From positions 256,001-320,000 of the forward strand of contig CAXXKA010000006.1 in the NCBI GenBank assembly GCA_963668625.2: a stretch of DNA of 64,000 nucleotides. Reading direction: 5' to 3'. Below are positions 28,454-38,634 of this stretch, piece by piece (position 1 is the stretch's first letter; every line of letters begins with the position of its first letter). The notes beneath the pieces are model-generated. The model was not told where the DNA came from. It saw nothing but the letters and a program-made list of their open reading frames with translations, and searched no databases. The position numbers and the translations under genes are program-made. Source of the DNA: an uncultured candidate division Zixibacteria bacterium. Lineage in GTDB: Bacteria; Zixibacteria; MSB-5A5; UBA10806; 4484-95.

Positions 28454-30778
28454 ATGAGAGAATATATCGGTAAATATTGGTGGCGAGTTGCCGGTCCGAT
28501 TTTAGGTTTATTGTTAGCGGCAGTGTTACTCGATAGCCTGGTCTTTCCATTGCCGAATGACCGGCTATTCAAGCAATCGGCCAAATTCGTTTACAGCCGG
28601 GATCATCAGTTGATTAACGCTTATTTATCATCCGATGATTACTGGCGTAAACAGATCGAACTGAAACGAATTTCGCCGATATTGATTGGAAGTGTGCTTG
28701 CTTCCGAGGATAGATGGTTTTACTTCCATCCCGGCGTAAATCTCGTGTCGCTTGTCAATGCCGCTATCGATAATGTCAAAGCCGGTAAGATAATCCGTGG
28801 CGGTTCCACGATCACCATGCAAATCGCCCGTATGATGGAGCCTAAACCACGCACTATCAAATCCAAGTTGATCGAGATACTACGTTCGTTTCAACTCGAG
28901 GCACATTTTACCAAGGATGAATTGCTGGAGATGTATTTCAACCTCGCCCCCTATGGAGGCAATATCGAGGGAGTAGGCGCAGCCTCGTATTTCTATTTCG
29001 ATAAGCCTCCCTCCGAGTTGACTGTCGCCCAGACGGCTTTGCTGACTATACTGCCCAATTCACCCTCGCTTCTGAATCCTACGAAAGATATCGACGCCTG
29101 CATTATCGGTAGGAACAAGGTACTGGATGTTTTACTGAGCCGGGGCCTCATCACCAGAGCCGAATACGATGATGCATTACTGGAAACGATTAATCCGGTT
29201 ATCACCGCGCCGCCCGATCACGCGCCACATTTCTGCCGTGATTTCGCGCTTGCGGCCTCAGGCGGTACCGAAGTGATGACGACTATCGATATGGATATAC
29301 AAAATCATTGTCACGAGATTTTGAAAAACTATCGTTATGTTCTCCAGGCGCGTGATATCCATAACGCCTCGCTGGTGGTATTGGATAACATGACCGGCGA
29401 ATTGCTGGCAATGATAGGCTCGATTGATTTTAACGATAACCGTAATCAGGGACAGGTAAACGGCTCTATAGCAGCCAGGTCGCCAGGGTCAACATTGAAA
29501 CCATTCGTCTATGCCCTGGCGATGGATAAAGGTTTGATCTCGCCGAATATGTACCTTGAGGATCTGCCGGTTTATTACTCGGGTTATTCGCCGGAAAATT
29601 TCGATGATTCCTACAGCGGTATCGTTTCCGCCTCGGATGCTCTCAAGCAGTCGCTGAACGTGCCGGCGGTGAATTTGGCCTCGAAAGTCGGGCTGAATGA
29701 TTATTTCGATATTTTAAAACGCGGCGGCCTTTCGACGCTCGAAGGGAAATATTACGATTACGGCCTGCCCCTGGTGCTCGGTTCCTGCGAGATCAAATTA
29801 GTCGAACTTGCCAATCTGTACCGGGCACTGGCAAACTCGGGTATTTATTCACACTACAAAACGGAATTAAACTCGATTACGTTGTCTGCCGACACTCTGT
29901 ATTCCACCGGGGCTTCATATATTGTCACCGAAATATTATCCGAATTGAAACGTCCCGAATTCCCCGCTAGCTGGGAGTTCTCGGAAAATATTCCCAGGAT
30001 AGCCTGGAAAACCGGCACCTCGTATGGTCGTAAGGATGCCTGGTCTGTCGGCTACAATCCGCAATATACCGTGGCGGTATGGGCGGGCAACTTCGATGCT
30101 CAACCCTCGCCCGAATTAATCGGCGCTGAAGCCGCGGCGCCGATACTTTTCGATATATTCACCGCGCTAACCTCTAAAAGCAAAGGCGGTTGGTTCGAGC
30201 GTCCGAAGGAGGTCGATACGAGGCTGGTTTGCGCCGCCAGTGGACTTCTGCCGGGGACATACTGCGAGTCAACTGTCGAGGAGATGTATATCCCCGGCGT
30301 CTCGCCCACATTCAGATGCGAAATCCATAAAGAGATTCTAGTAGATAGTAAAACCGGTCACAAGCTCTGTCGATATTGCCGGCAGGGAAAAGAATGTAAC
30401 CATGAGATATACGAGGTATGGCCTGCTAAGATTGCCACCTGGCTATCGAAAACCGGCAACGTACTTAAAACCGTCCCGAATCATAATCCCGAATGCCGTG
30501 GGGTGTACTATGGCGACCGACCGATTATAAATTCGCCTAAAGAGGATGTCGAATATTTCATACGGGGTCATATTCCTCTCGAGCAACAATGTATCATGCT
30601 GGATGCCTCGGTAGCCTCGGGCGCGAAAACCATTTACTGGTTCGTTGATGGCGTATTATTCTGCGATAGCGCCCCCGGCAAAAAGGCGTTTTATCAGCCT
30701 GAACCCGGTATTCATACGATTTTATGCAGTGATGACCAGGGGAGATCGAGTTCGATCGATATCGAGATTATCAATTAA
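28454..30778 (+). CDS. pbpC: Penicillin-binding protein 1C
   Basis: Transglycosylase motifs EDRWFYFHPG and GGSTITMQ; transpeptidase SPGSTLKP, SLN, KTGT; C-terminal BiPBP domain; canonical partner of A2M. Confidence 0.93.
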   Translation: MREYIGKYWWRVAGPILGLLLAAVLLDSLVFPLPNDRLFKQSAKFVYSRDHQLINAYLSSDDYWRKQIELKRISPILIGSVLASEDRWFYFHPGVNLVSLVNAAIDNVKAGKIIRGGSTITMQIARMMEPKPRTIKSKLIEILRSFQLEAHFTKDELLEMYFNLAPYGGNIEGVGAASYFYFDKPPSELTVAQTALLTILPNSPSLLNPTKDIDACIIGRNKVLDVLLSRGLITRAEYDDALLETINPVITAPPDHAPHFCRDFALAASGGTEVMTTIDMDIQNHCHEILKNYRYVLQARDIHNASLVVLDNMTGELLAMIGSIDFNDNRNQGQVNGSIAARSPGSTLKPFVYALAMDKGLISPNMYLEDLPVYYSGYSPENFDDSYSGIVSASDALKQSLNVPAVNLASKVGLNDYFDILKRGGLSTLEGKYYDYGLPLVLGSCEIKLVELANLYRALANSGIYSHYKTELNSITLSADTLYSTGASYIVTEILSELKRPEFPASWEFSENIPRIAWKTGTSYGRKDAWSVGYNPQYTVAVWAGNFDAQPSPELIGAEAAAPILFDIFTALTSKSKGGWFERPKEVDTRLVCAASGLLPGTYCESTVEEMYIPGVSPTFRCEIHKEILVDSKTGHKLCRYCRQGKECNHEIYEVWPAKIATWLSKTGNVLKTVPNHNPECRGVYYGDRPIINSPKEDVEYFIRGHIPLEQQCIMLDASVASGAKTIYWFVDGVLFCDSAPGKKAFYQPEPGIHTILCSDDQGRSSSIDIEIIN

Positions 30779-30829
30779 TGGTTGTGTTTTTCTAAGCTCA
30801 TGTATATATATTCCGATTAGGTAATTAAC

Positions 30830-31729
30830 ATGACAGATAATAAACCCGAAATATCAATCATTATTCCGGCTTATAACGAGGCCGAGGGCATACGGGCGAC
30901 TATCGATGAGCTACTGAGTTTCGTCGAAAAACGGAACTGGGAGATATTGGTTGTCAACGATGGTTCCACTGATGAGACGCTTTCGATTCTCAGCGAATTC
31001 GAATCCCTCAAGATAGTCAACCATCCGGTTAACAAAGGTTATGGAGCCTCGCTAAAAACCGGTATTGAGAATGCCTCGGCAGATACAGTAGTGTTTTTCG
31101 ATGGCGATGGTCAGCATAATCCCGAGGATATCCCGAAGCTTCTGGGAAAACTGCCGGGGGCCGATATGGTAGTCGGACAGAGGTTGAAAGGCTCAAGCGG
31201 GGTTTGGGTCAGGAAGCCGGGGAAATGGGTGCTGGGTAAAGTCGCGAATTTTCTGGCAAACAGAAAAATACCGGATCTCAATTCCGGCCTTCGAGCGATA
31301 AAGAGAGATATTATCGGATCGATGCTCGAGATTTTCCCGGATGGTTTCTCGTTTTCTACGACAAGTACGATCGCGTTTTTTAAACTGGGCTATAGTATCG
31401 CTTACGTGCCGATTACTACTCGCGGCCGTGTCGGTAAAAGTACGATCAAGCAGGCCAAGCATGGCCCGGAGGTGATCCTTCTGATTCTACGGCTGATAAC
31501 GTTGTTCAGCCCGCTACGGATATTTATCAATGTCGCCCTGCTACTGTTCATAGTCGGTTTCGGATATCAGACAGAGGAGATAATCCGTCACGGCTGGCAT
31601 ATTGTAAACGGCGCGTTACTCCTGATAATATCCTCGGTACTTGTTTTTCTATTCGGCTTAATAGCCGATCAATTATCGAACCTCAGGCTTTCGCTGTTGA
31701 AAATCGGAAAGAAAAATACCTCGGACTAG
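30830..31729 (+). CDS. Glycosyltransferase family 2 (Dpm1/ArnC-like) with two C-terminal TM helices
   Basis: IIIPAYNE, VVNDGSTD, NKGYG, DGDGQH. Confidence 0.9.
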   Translation: MTDNKPEISIIIPAYNEAEGIRATIDELLSFVEKRNWEILVVNDGSTDETLSILSEFESLKIVNHPVNKGYGASLKTGIENASADTVVFFDGDGQHNPEDIPKLLGKLPGADMVVGQRLKGSSGVWVRKPGKWVLGKVANFLANRKIPDLNSGLRAIKRDIIGSMLEIFPDGFSFSTTSTIAFFKLGYSIAYVPITTRGRVGKSTIKQAKHGPEVILLILRLITLFSPLRIFINVALLLFIVGFGYQTEEIIRHGWHIVNGALLLIISSVLVFLFGLIADQLSNLRLSLLKIGKKNTSD

Positions 31730-31955
31730 CAACCGGTATGTTTTTTGATCTCTTGCGAATAACATGTTGATATGGAAGTAGTTGACCATAAGTTATATTT
31801 GACAGGCTTCTCTTTAATACAATAGGTATTTCCACCAAACGTATGCAATCGACATGGATGATTTCCCTTGATTCTTAATCTTTTATTGCTTATGTATTAT
31901 GCCGTCGATAGGCCTGATTACAGGTTTTGTGTTGAGTAATATTATTTTTCGATAA

Positions 31956-33494
31956 ATGGAGGATAAAGTGGAAGCTTTCTTGAAAGATCTTGGAATAAAA
32001 GAGATAAACTCCGGCGCTTATAGCGATAGCTGGATTGAAAATCCGGGCGGCGCCGAACTTGTTTCGTATAATCCTACGACCGGTAAGCCGATTGCCAAAG
32101 TCAAACAGGCCGATGAAAAAGATTACGAGGCTGTCGTGGCTAAAGCCGCCGAGGCTTTTAAATCGTGGCGCATGGTACCCGCTCCAAAACGGGGCGAGGT
32201 GGTTCGACAGATTGGCCAGGAACTTCGTAAATACAAAACCCAACTTGGCAAGCTGGTTGCTCTGGAGATGGGCAAGATCCAGGCCGAGGGCGAGGGCGAG
32301 GTTCAGGAGATGATCGATATCGCCGATTTCGCGGTCGGCCTGTCCCGTCAGTTGTACGGCCTTTCCATGCACAGCGAACGTCCCCGCCACAGGATGTACG
32401 AACAATGGCATCCGCTGGGTGTTGTCGGTATCATCTCGGCATTCAATTTCCCGGTAGCTGTCTGGGCCTGGAATGCCATGATTGCCGCTGTTTGCGGTGA
32501 CACCATGGTCTGGAAACCCTCCTCGAAAACCCCGTTATGTGGAGTTGCCGTTCACAATATCATAGATAAAGTTCTCAAAGCCAATGGCGCCGATGGTGTC
32601 ATGGGTCTGGTAATAGGTCGCGGCAGTTCGGTTGGTGAGAAGATGATTAACGATCCGAGAGTTCCGCTTATCAGCGCCACCGGCTCGACTCGTATGGGCC
32701 AACGGATCGGCAGGGTAGTCGGCGAACGTCTCGGCAGATGTATTCTCGAACTTGGAGGCAATAACGCCATCATAGTCACGGAGGATGCCGATCTGGATAT
32801 GTCGGCACGCGCGATATTGTTCGGCGCGGTCGGCACCGCCGGGCAGAGATGTACCTCCACCCGCAGGATAATCGTCCAGGAATCGGTTGCAGAGGATTTG
32901 ATCGAGAGGTTGAAAAAAGCCTATGGCCAGGTCAGGATCGGCGATCCGCTCGATACCAACACCCTGATGGGACCGCTTATCGATCAGGATGCCGTGGATA
33001 CCATGATGAACGCTATCGAGCTTATCAAGCGGCAGGGTGGCAAAATCATTCACGGCGGCAATGTGTACAAAGAGGGCGCTTGCGCGGATGGCAGTTTCGT
33101 GGAGCCCACGATTGTCACCACCGATAAGCAGATACAGGTCATGTGTGATGAAACTTTTGCCCCTATTCTGTATATCATCAAGTATAAAGATCTCGATGAC
33201 GCGATTGAAATTCACAACGGCGTCCCGCAGGGATTGTCCTCGGCGATGTTTACCACGAATATGATGAAAGCCGAGAGGTTCTTGAGCCACGAGGGTAGTG
33301 ATTGTGGAATCGCCAATATTAATATCGGTACCAGCGGCGCGGAGATCGGTGGAGCGTTCGGCGGCGAAAAGGAAACCGGTGGTGGACGTGAGGCCGGCAG
33401 CGATTCCTGGAAAGCCTATATGCGTCGCCAGACTAACACGTTAAACTGGTCACCGGAATTACCGCTGGCCCAGGGAATTACATTTGGGGATTAA
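31956..33494 (+). CDS. Aldehyde dehydrogenase, ALDH7 (aminoadipate-semialdehyde/antiquitin-like)
   Basis: PAPKRGE, ISAFNFPVAV, LELGGNNA, GTAGQRCT, GAEIGGAFGGEKETGGGRE, LPLAQG. Confidence 0.9.
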   Translation: MEDKVEAFLKDLGIKEINSGAYSDSWIENPGGAELVSYNPTTGKPIAKVKQADEKDYEAVVAKAAEAFKSWRMVPAPKRGEVVRQIGQELRKYKTQLGKLVALEMGKIQAEGEGEVQEMIDIADFAVGLSRQLYGLSMHSERPRHRMYEQWHPLGVVGIISAFNFPVAVWAWNAMIAAVCGDTMVWKPSSKTPLCGVAVHNIIDKVLKANGADGVMGLVIGRGSSVGEKMINDPRVPLISATGSTRMGQRIGRVVGERLGRCILELGGNNAIIVTEDADLDMSARAILFGAVGTAGQRCTSTRRIIVQESVAEDLIERLKKAYGQVRIGDPLDTNTLMGPLIDQDAVDTMMNAIELIKRQGGKIIHGGNVYKEGACADGSFVEPTIVTTDKQIQVMCDETFAPILYIIKYKDLDDAIEIHNGVPQGLSSAMFTTNMMKAERFLSHEGSDCGIANINIGTSGAEIGGAFGGEKETGGGREAGSDSWKAYMRRQTNTLNWSPELPLAQGITFGD

Positions 33495-33632
33495 CGTATT
33501 TAACCCTTTTGCCCTTATCTGATTAGTTGGTTAGGATTTTAGTGTTTTAGTTGGAAAGGCTGTCTGTTTAATAGGCAAAGCCGATAGTTGGTAGCTATTA
33601 TATCTCATTAGTATACAGTTAAAGGTTTTAAT

Positions 33633-35015
33633 ATGAGTATCCCTTACACAAGTGTACTCTTAAAAGAAAATTATTTTACCAAGCAAAATATATTATTATT
33701 TTCAATTATTCCTTTAATTTCAGCAATTTCAATAATTTCTATCGGATATATAAAACCTTTTTTAATACTATTAGGTTTAGCTGTAGTCGTTATAGGTATT
33801 TTTAATACTAAGTACTTTTTATACTTATATTTATTCTTATTACCCTTCACTTTTATATTCAAATTTTATATAGGCCTTACCCTGTCCCAATATGGATTGA
33901 CAACTTTTTATATAGCTATATGGTTAATGAATGTAATACTGACCAAAAAACGAATTAATTTTCCTCCTCGATGGATGGTGATATTCATTTGTTTATTCGT
34001 AACCTGGTCATTTGTGTCTGACCTTCACGCCGGCATAGGAATTTTACAAGTAAGAACTATAGCATCAAATATAATATTCTTTATTTTCGTAATTGCTCTA
34101 TATGATGTGATTACGGTAGAAAAATATATTGAAATGTATTGGGTCGTGATTATCCCTTTCATATTTGTATTTCTTTTTACATTTATCAAACTACTGGCTG
34201 CCGGCAGTATATTTAGCATGATTTACATGGTGTTAACGAAAGGGTGTGATGATATATTGTATCCTAATATGATCGGCGGAATTTATTTGTTGTTTTGGCC
34301 GATTTCGTTTGCTATGTATCTTTACGAAAAGAATAAAATACGCAGAATTGTATATTTGACTATTGCAATAGCTTTTATCATTGGGATAGTATTGACAAAT
34401 ACGCGCTCAGCATATCTGGGGACATTCGTTGCTATCTTGTATTTTATCTGGTTCTCGAAGAAACGAATGATATTGTTAGGTAGTATGGGAATTATAACAT
34501 TAATTTATTTATTATCGCCAGTTGCATCCATCGTAAATGAATTACTTTTAAGGGTGGAGGCCGGTGTATCTGGTAGGGATATTGTATGGGATGTAGCATT
34601 CAAGCTGATTAAAGAGAACTATATTTTTGGGATCGGATCATATACTTTGCAAATGATAATTAATTATAAATATCCCTTAATGACTTATCAAAATATTTTG
34701 CCACTCATTCGCAATGCCCATAACTACCCGATAAATATGACTCTTCAGATGGGAATTCCGGGATTCTTTTTCATTATATATATATATTATAAATTTGCCA
34801 GGATATCTATTATGGGCCAACTTGCCAACACTGACAATAAAATCAGGGCATTATGTATGGGGAGTGCTTCAATTATGCTTGGTATGTTTGCAAGAGGCAT
34901 GTTTGAAGCTATTGGTATTATAGATAATGGTGTTATATTTCCTCATATTTATTTCTGGGTAATAATGTTATTTACGGTGAAGATATTCAATGGCGAACAT
35001 AAAAAAAAACCTTGA
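33633..35015 (+). CDS. O-antigen ligase/polymerase (Wzy_C/WaaL-like) membrane protein
   Basis: Many TM segments, TNTRSAYLG, SGRDIVW, FGIG, NAHN motif; AT-rich. Confidence 0.8.
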   Translation: MSIPYTSVLLKENYFTKQNILLFSIIPLISAISIISIGYIKPFLILLGLAVVVIGIFNTKYFLYLYLFLLPFTFIFKFYIGLTLSQYGLTTFYIAIWLMNVILTKKRINFPPRWMVIFICLFVTWSFVSDLHAGIGILQVRTIASNIIFFIFVIALYDVITVEKYIEMYWVVIIPFIFVFLFTFIKLLAAGSIFSMIYMVLTKGCDDILYPNMIGGIYLLFWPISFAMYLYEKNKIRRIVYLTIAIAFIIGIVLTNTRSAYLGTFVAILYFIWFSKKRMILLGSMGIITLIYLLSPVASIVNELLLRVEAGVSGRDIVWDVAFKLIKENYIFGIGSYTLQMIINYKYPLMTYQNILPLIRNAHNYPINMTLQMGIPGFFFIIYIYYKFARISIMGQLANTDNKIRALCMGSASIMLGMFARGMFEAIGIIDNGVIFPHIYFWVIMLFTVKIFNGEHKKKP

Positions 35016-35084
35016 ATATCTCTGGTGATGGATCGCAGGTTTAATGTCTATTCAAATATCTCAGAGTAAAGAACTAATAATATT

Positions 35085-36611
35085 ATGAGACATAATCGCA
35101 ATATTTCTGATAAACAAATCCAAGATATTTTATTACTACTCATTGTAATATCCTTTACCATAACAGTGATTACTATTATTTATGGGATACTACAAGGTTC
35201 ATCGCTCAATCATGTCTCCGGCACTTGGATAAGTCTAGCGTTGGATTTAAGTGATGGTGTATTATATCGTCCGCTATTTTCCGAAACAATCGGTTTTGGC
35301 GGAACTCGTTTTTTCCCGTTATTTTTTTCAATTCATGCATTGTTAATTAAGTTTTTTAATATGCCGATATTGACCGGTCATTTGGTAAGCCTATTTTCCG
35401 GTTTGCTTCTATTTGGGGCTTGCTTAATTCTATTTAGGCAAATGAAAATAAGTATTATTATTGCTGTTGGCCTTTTAGCAATATTGTTTTCCGAATTGAG
35501 TATTAGGTTCGGTATGACCTCAATCCGCGCTGATATTCTGCCGGTTGCCTTTAACGTTATCGGGATAGCCAGTATATTATCAAATCTGGATAAAAAATAT
35601 AAACTGATCATAGCATCTATATTTTTCACGCTGGCATTTTCGGCAAAGATAACAGCTGTTCATGGTATAGTATCCGTGTTTTTATGGTTACTATTTAACC
35701 GTAAAGTGAACGAGGCATTTAAGCTACTGGTATTCACTTCACTCGGTTATGTACTATTTTTAGCCATCCTATACATTGGAACCTCAGGGAGGATTATACC
35801 GATATTTAGTACTTGTTCCTCGGGAGGCACGGAATTAATGTCTATTTTAAACGCGCCAATAATATTTGCCAAGATCATATTGAGGCGGGATATTATAGGA
35901 TTAGTATTTCTAGTTTGGATATTTATCATACTATATAGTAAAAGAAAGAATGTTTTAAATGACTTATTTTTTATTTTCTGGATAGTTTCAATCATGATTA
36001 CGGTTGTTATTTTAGGTTCTCCCGGTACCGATTATAATCACTTTGTCGATTTTGCGACCGCGTCTATTATATTAATTGCTTCAAGGGGATTTATGATTAT
36101 GCCTAAAATCACTAAATATAACTTATCTCTTTTTGTGGTTTTTCTTGTAGTTGCAATCGTGTATAATTCTATTTCGTTATATTCATTGTTTGCCGATGAG
36201 AACAATCGTATGGCTAAACATTATCCCGAAGAGGTCGTTGATTTCATTAAGTCTGAAGATGGTATCGTAATATCCGAGGATCCCTTGTTTCCACTATTGG
36301 CGGATGAACATCCTTATCTATTAGACGCATTCATGCTTCGTTTTATCCTGCTAAAAGATGAAAAAATTAAACTGGTATTAATTAATAAAATCCAAAATAA
36401 AGAGTATTCTGGAATAATATTTAATAAAAACCCGGTTGAGGATATTGAAGGTTATAATAATGCGCATTTTGGATTAGAGTTTACTCAAGCTGTTATTTCT
36501 AATTACACTTTAGGATTCAAAACGGGAGATTATTTTGTCTACTTGCCAGATTTTTTAAAACCTGATGAGAATAAAAAAGCAGAGACGCGGAATCCTATCA
36601 ACGGTCAATAG
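35085..36611 (+). CDS. Polytopic membrane protein, probable GT-C glycosyltransferase
   Basis: Multiple TMs; LYRP...GGTRFFPL, R-A-D and AKIT motifs reminiscent of GT-C/ArnT-like proteins; AT-rich. Confidence 0.55.
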   Translation: MRHNRNISDKQIQDILLLLIVISFTITVITIIYGILQGSSLNHVSGTWISLALDLSDGVLYRPLFSETIGFGGTRFFPLFFSIHALLIKFFNMPILTGHLVSLFSGLLLFGACLILFRQMKISIIIAVGLLAILFSELSIRFGMTSIRADILPVAFNVIGIASILSNLDKKYKLIIASIFFTLAFSAKITAVHGIVSVFLWLLFNRKVNEAFKLLVFTSLGYVLFLAILYIGTSGRIIPIFSTCSSGGTELMSILNAPIIFAKIILRRDIIGLVFLVWIFIILYSKRKNVLNDLFFIFWIVSIMITVVILGSPGTDYNHFVDFATASIILIASRGFMIMPKITKYNLSLFVVFLVVAIVYNSISLYSLFADENNRMAKHYPEEVVDFIKSEDGIVISEDPLFPLLADEHPYLLDAFMLRFILLKDEKIKLVLINKIQNKEYSGIIFNKNPVEDIEGYNNAHFGLEFTQAVISNYTLGFKTGDYFVYLPDFLKPDENKKAETRNPINGQ

Positions 36612-36951
36612 TATGATTTTTCAATACATAAAATATATTACATTGTCGGGATTTAGTTTGTTGATTTTACTATTCCCCGGTTAATAATCGTCAAAATGAT
36701 TTTTTGATATAATAAGCCAGTTAACGTATTAGGATTCGCTCGGTTTCATTCCGATACATCTTACCAACATAAGCAGTAGTTATAAATCAACCAAACTCAT
36801 CCCAGCCAGATACCTCAGTATTGAAGGTACGATATTCTGAGGTCTACTTCAACCAAAGCCCAGATAGTAGTGGAAATATGTATTTCTAATTATTATCGAG
36901 AAATTAAATCAAAATTGTTGTTATTGGTTTCCCATAATATAAAAAAAAACA

Positions 36952-36979
36952 TTGACTTAAATTAAACTTTACATATAAT
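36952..36979 (+). promoter_or_regulatory. Putative sigma70 promoter of the arcE-like gene
   Basis: TTGACT-16 nt-TATAAT. Confidence 0.6.
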
Positions 36980-37098
36980 ACCGCCATGATATACTGGTCT
37001 AAAAAACTGTTCGATCATTAGGTCGATGACCTTTTCTATATAAATCACCCCAGAAAAAACAATAGTATACATATTTTAAACTTAAAAGGAGATTCTAA

Positions 37099-38472
37099 AT
37101 GGCATCAAAGCCTAAAAACATAATAATCATGGGCGCGGCCGGACGTGACTTCCATAACTTCAACACGGTTTACCGCGACAATAAAGACTACAACGTAGTC
37201 GCTTTCACTGCTACCCAGATTCCCGATATCGAAGGTCGTAAGTATCCCGCCGTTTTAGCCGGCAAACTTTATCCCAAAGGTATTCCGATCGTAGCCGAGG
37301 AAGAACTCCCGGTCTTGATCGATCAGCACGATGTCGAGGAAGTCATATTCTCGTACTCTGATGTTTCCTACGAGTATGTGATGTCGATAAGCGCCGTCGT
37401 CAATGCCTGTGGCGCCGATTTCAAACTTCTGGGCGGACAGAAGACCATGATCGAATCCAAGAAGCCGGTAGTATCTATCTGTGCTGTCAGGACCGGTTGC
37501 GGTAAATCTCAAACCACTCGCAAGGTTTGTGACGAGTTACAGAAACTCGGCTTGAAAGTAGTCGCTATCCGTCACCCTATGCCGTACGGTGATCTGGCCA
37601 AGCAGACAGCCCAACGTTTCGCCAAGATGTCCGATCTTACCAAGCACAAATGCACGATCGAGGAGCGCGAGGAGTACGAACCGCATATCATGAACGGCGT
37701 TATCTGTTACGCCGGCGTCGACTATGGCGAAATCTTGAAACAGGCCGAGAAAGAAGCCGATGTTATAGTTTGGGATGGTGGAAATAACGATCTTCCGTTC
37801 TATGCTCCCGACCTTCATTTCGTAGTAGTCGATCCTCATCGCCCGGGTGACGAGTTAACTTATTACCCAGGTGAGGCCAACCTCCTGTTAGCCGATGTTG
37901 CCGTGATCAATAAAATTGACACTGCTCCGCTCGAGGGTATCGATGATGTTCGCGAGTCCATCGCTATGTTGAATCCGGAAGCAGCCGTAATCGAGGCCGC
38001 CTCCCCGATTTTCGTAGACAAGCCTGAGCTCATTCGCGGTAAACGCGTCCTCGTAGTCGAGGATGGCCCGACCCTGACACATGGTGGAATGCAGTATGGC
38101 GCCGGCGTCGTAGCTGCTCAGAAATTCGGCGCTGCCGAGTTGGTAGACCCCAGACCGTTCACTGTTGGCACGATTACCAAAACATTCGAAAAATATCCCG
38201 AAATCGGTACATTGCTTCCGGCTATGGGTTATGGCAACAAGCAGGTTAAAGACCTGGAGAAAACAATCGCTAAGGTCAAAGCCGATTCGGTGGTTATCGG
38301 TACCCCGATCGATCTGCGCAAAGTAGTCAAGATTTCCAAGCCTGCCACTCGTGTAAGATACGAACTGCAGGAGATCGGTATCCCGACGGTCGGCATGATT
38401 CTCGAGGAGTTCTTCAGCCCCTCGAAGAAAAAAGCCACGAAGAAAACCGCTAAATCTAAAGCCAAGAAATAG
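37099..38472 (+). CDS. arcE: Arginine synthetase (ArcE)-like P-loop protein (cDPG synthetase-like/COG2403 family)
   Basis: MGAAGRDFHNFN, AFTATQIP, AVRTGCGKSQTTR, RHPMPYG, TIEEREEYE, DGGNND, EDGPTLTHGGM; adjacent to carbamate kinase; short Lys-rich tail. Confidence 0.75.
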   Translation: MASKPKNIIIMGAAGRDFHNFNTVYRDNKDYNVVAFTATQIPDIEGRKYPAVLAGKLYPKGIPIVAEEELPVLIDQHDVEEVIFSYSDVSYEYVMSISAVVNACGADFKLLGGQKTMIESKKPVVSICAVRTGCGKSQTTRKVCDELQKLGLKVVAIRHPMPYGDLAKQTAQRFAKMSDLTKHKCTIEEREEYEPHIMNGVICYAGVDYGEILKQAEKEADVIVWDGGNNDLPFYAPDLHFVVVDPHRPGDELTYYPGEANLLLADVAVINKIDTAPLEGIDDVRESIAMLNPEAAVIEAASPIFVDKPELIRGKRVLVVEDGPTLTHGGMQYGAGVVAAQKFGAAELVDPRPFTVGTITKTFEKYPEIGTLLPAMGYGNKQVKDLEKTIAKVKADSVVIGTPIDLRKVVKISKPATRVRYELQEIGIPTVGMILEEFFSPSKKKATKKTAKSKAKK

Positions 38473-38491
38473 TGTAGTTTAGTATACTAGA

Positions 38492-38526
38492 GTTAGAGGC
38501 GAGTTGTTTTTCAGCTCGCCTTTAAC
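38492..38526 (+). terminator. Hairpin/terminator after the arcE-like gene
   Basis: GTTAGAGGCGAGTTG...CAGCTCGCCTTTAAC inverted repeat followed by T-rich sequence. Confidence 0.6.
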
Positions 38527-38634
38527 GTTTTAATTATCAACAAGTAAATAGTTGTTTTTTTTAAAAAAAAGCATTAACTTGTAAGTTTCGGCAATTCTTA
38601 ACTGTAAACAAGATAAGCTAATTGGTGGTTTGCA

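Noticed and set aside
23040-30778. Alpha-2-macroglobulin plus pbpC as a novel system
   Set aside because: Well-described conserved pair with a canonical CxEQ thioester motif.
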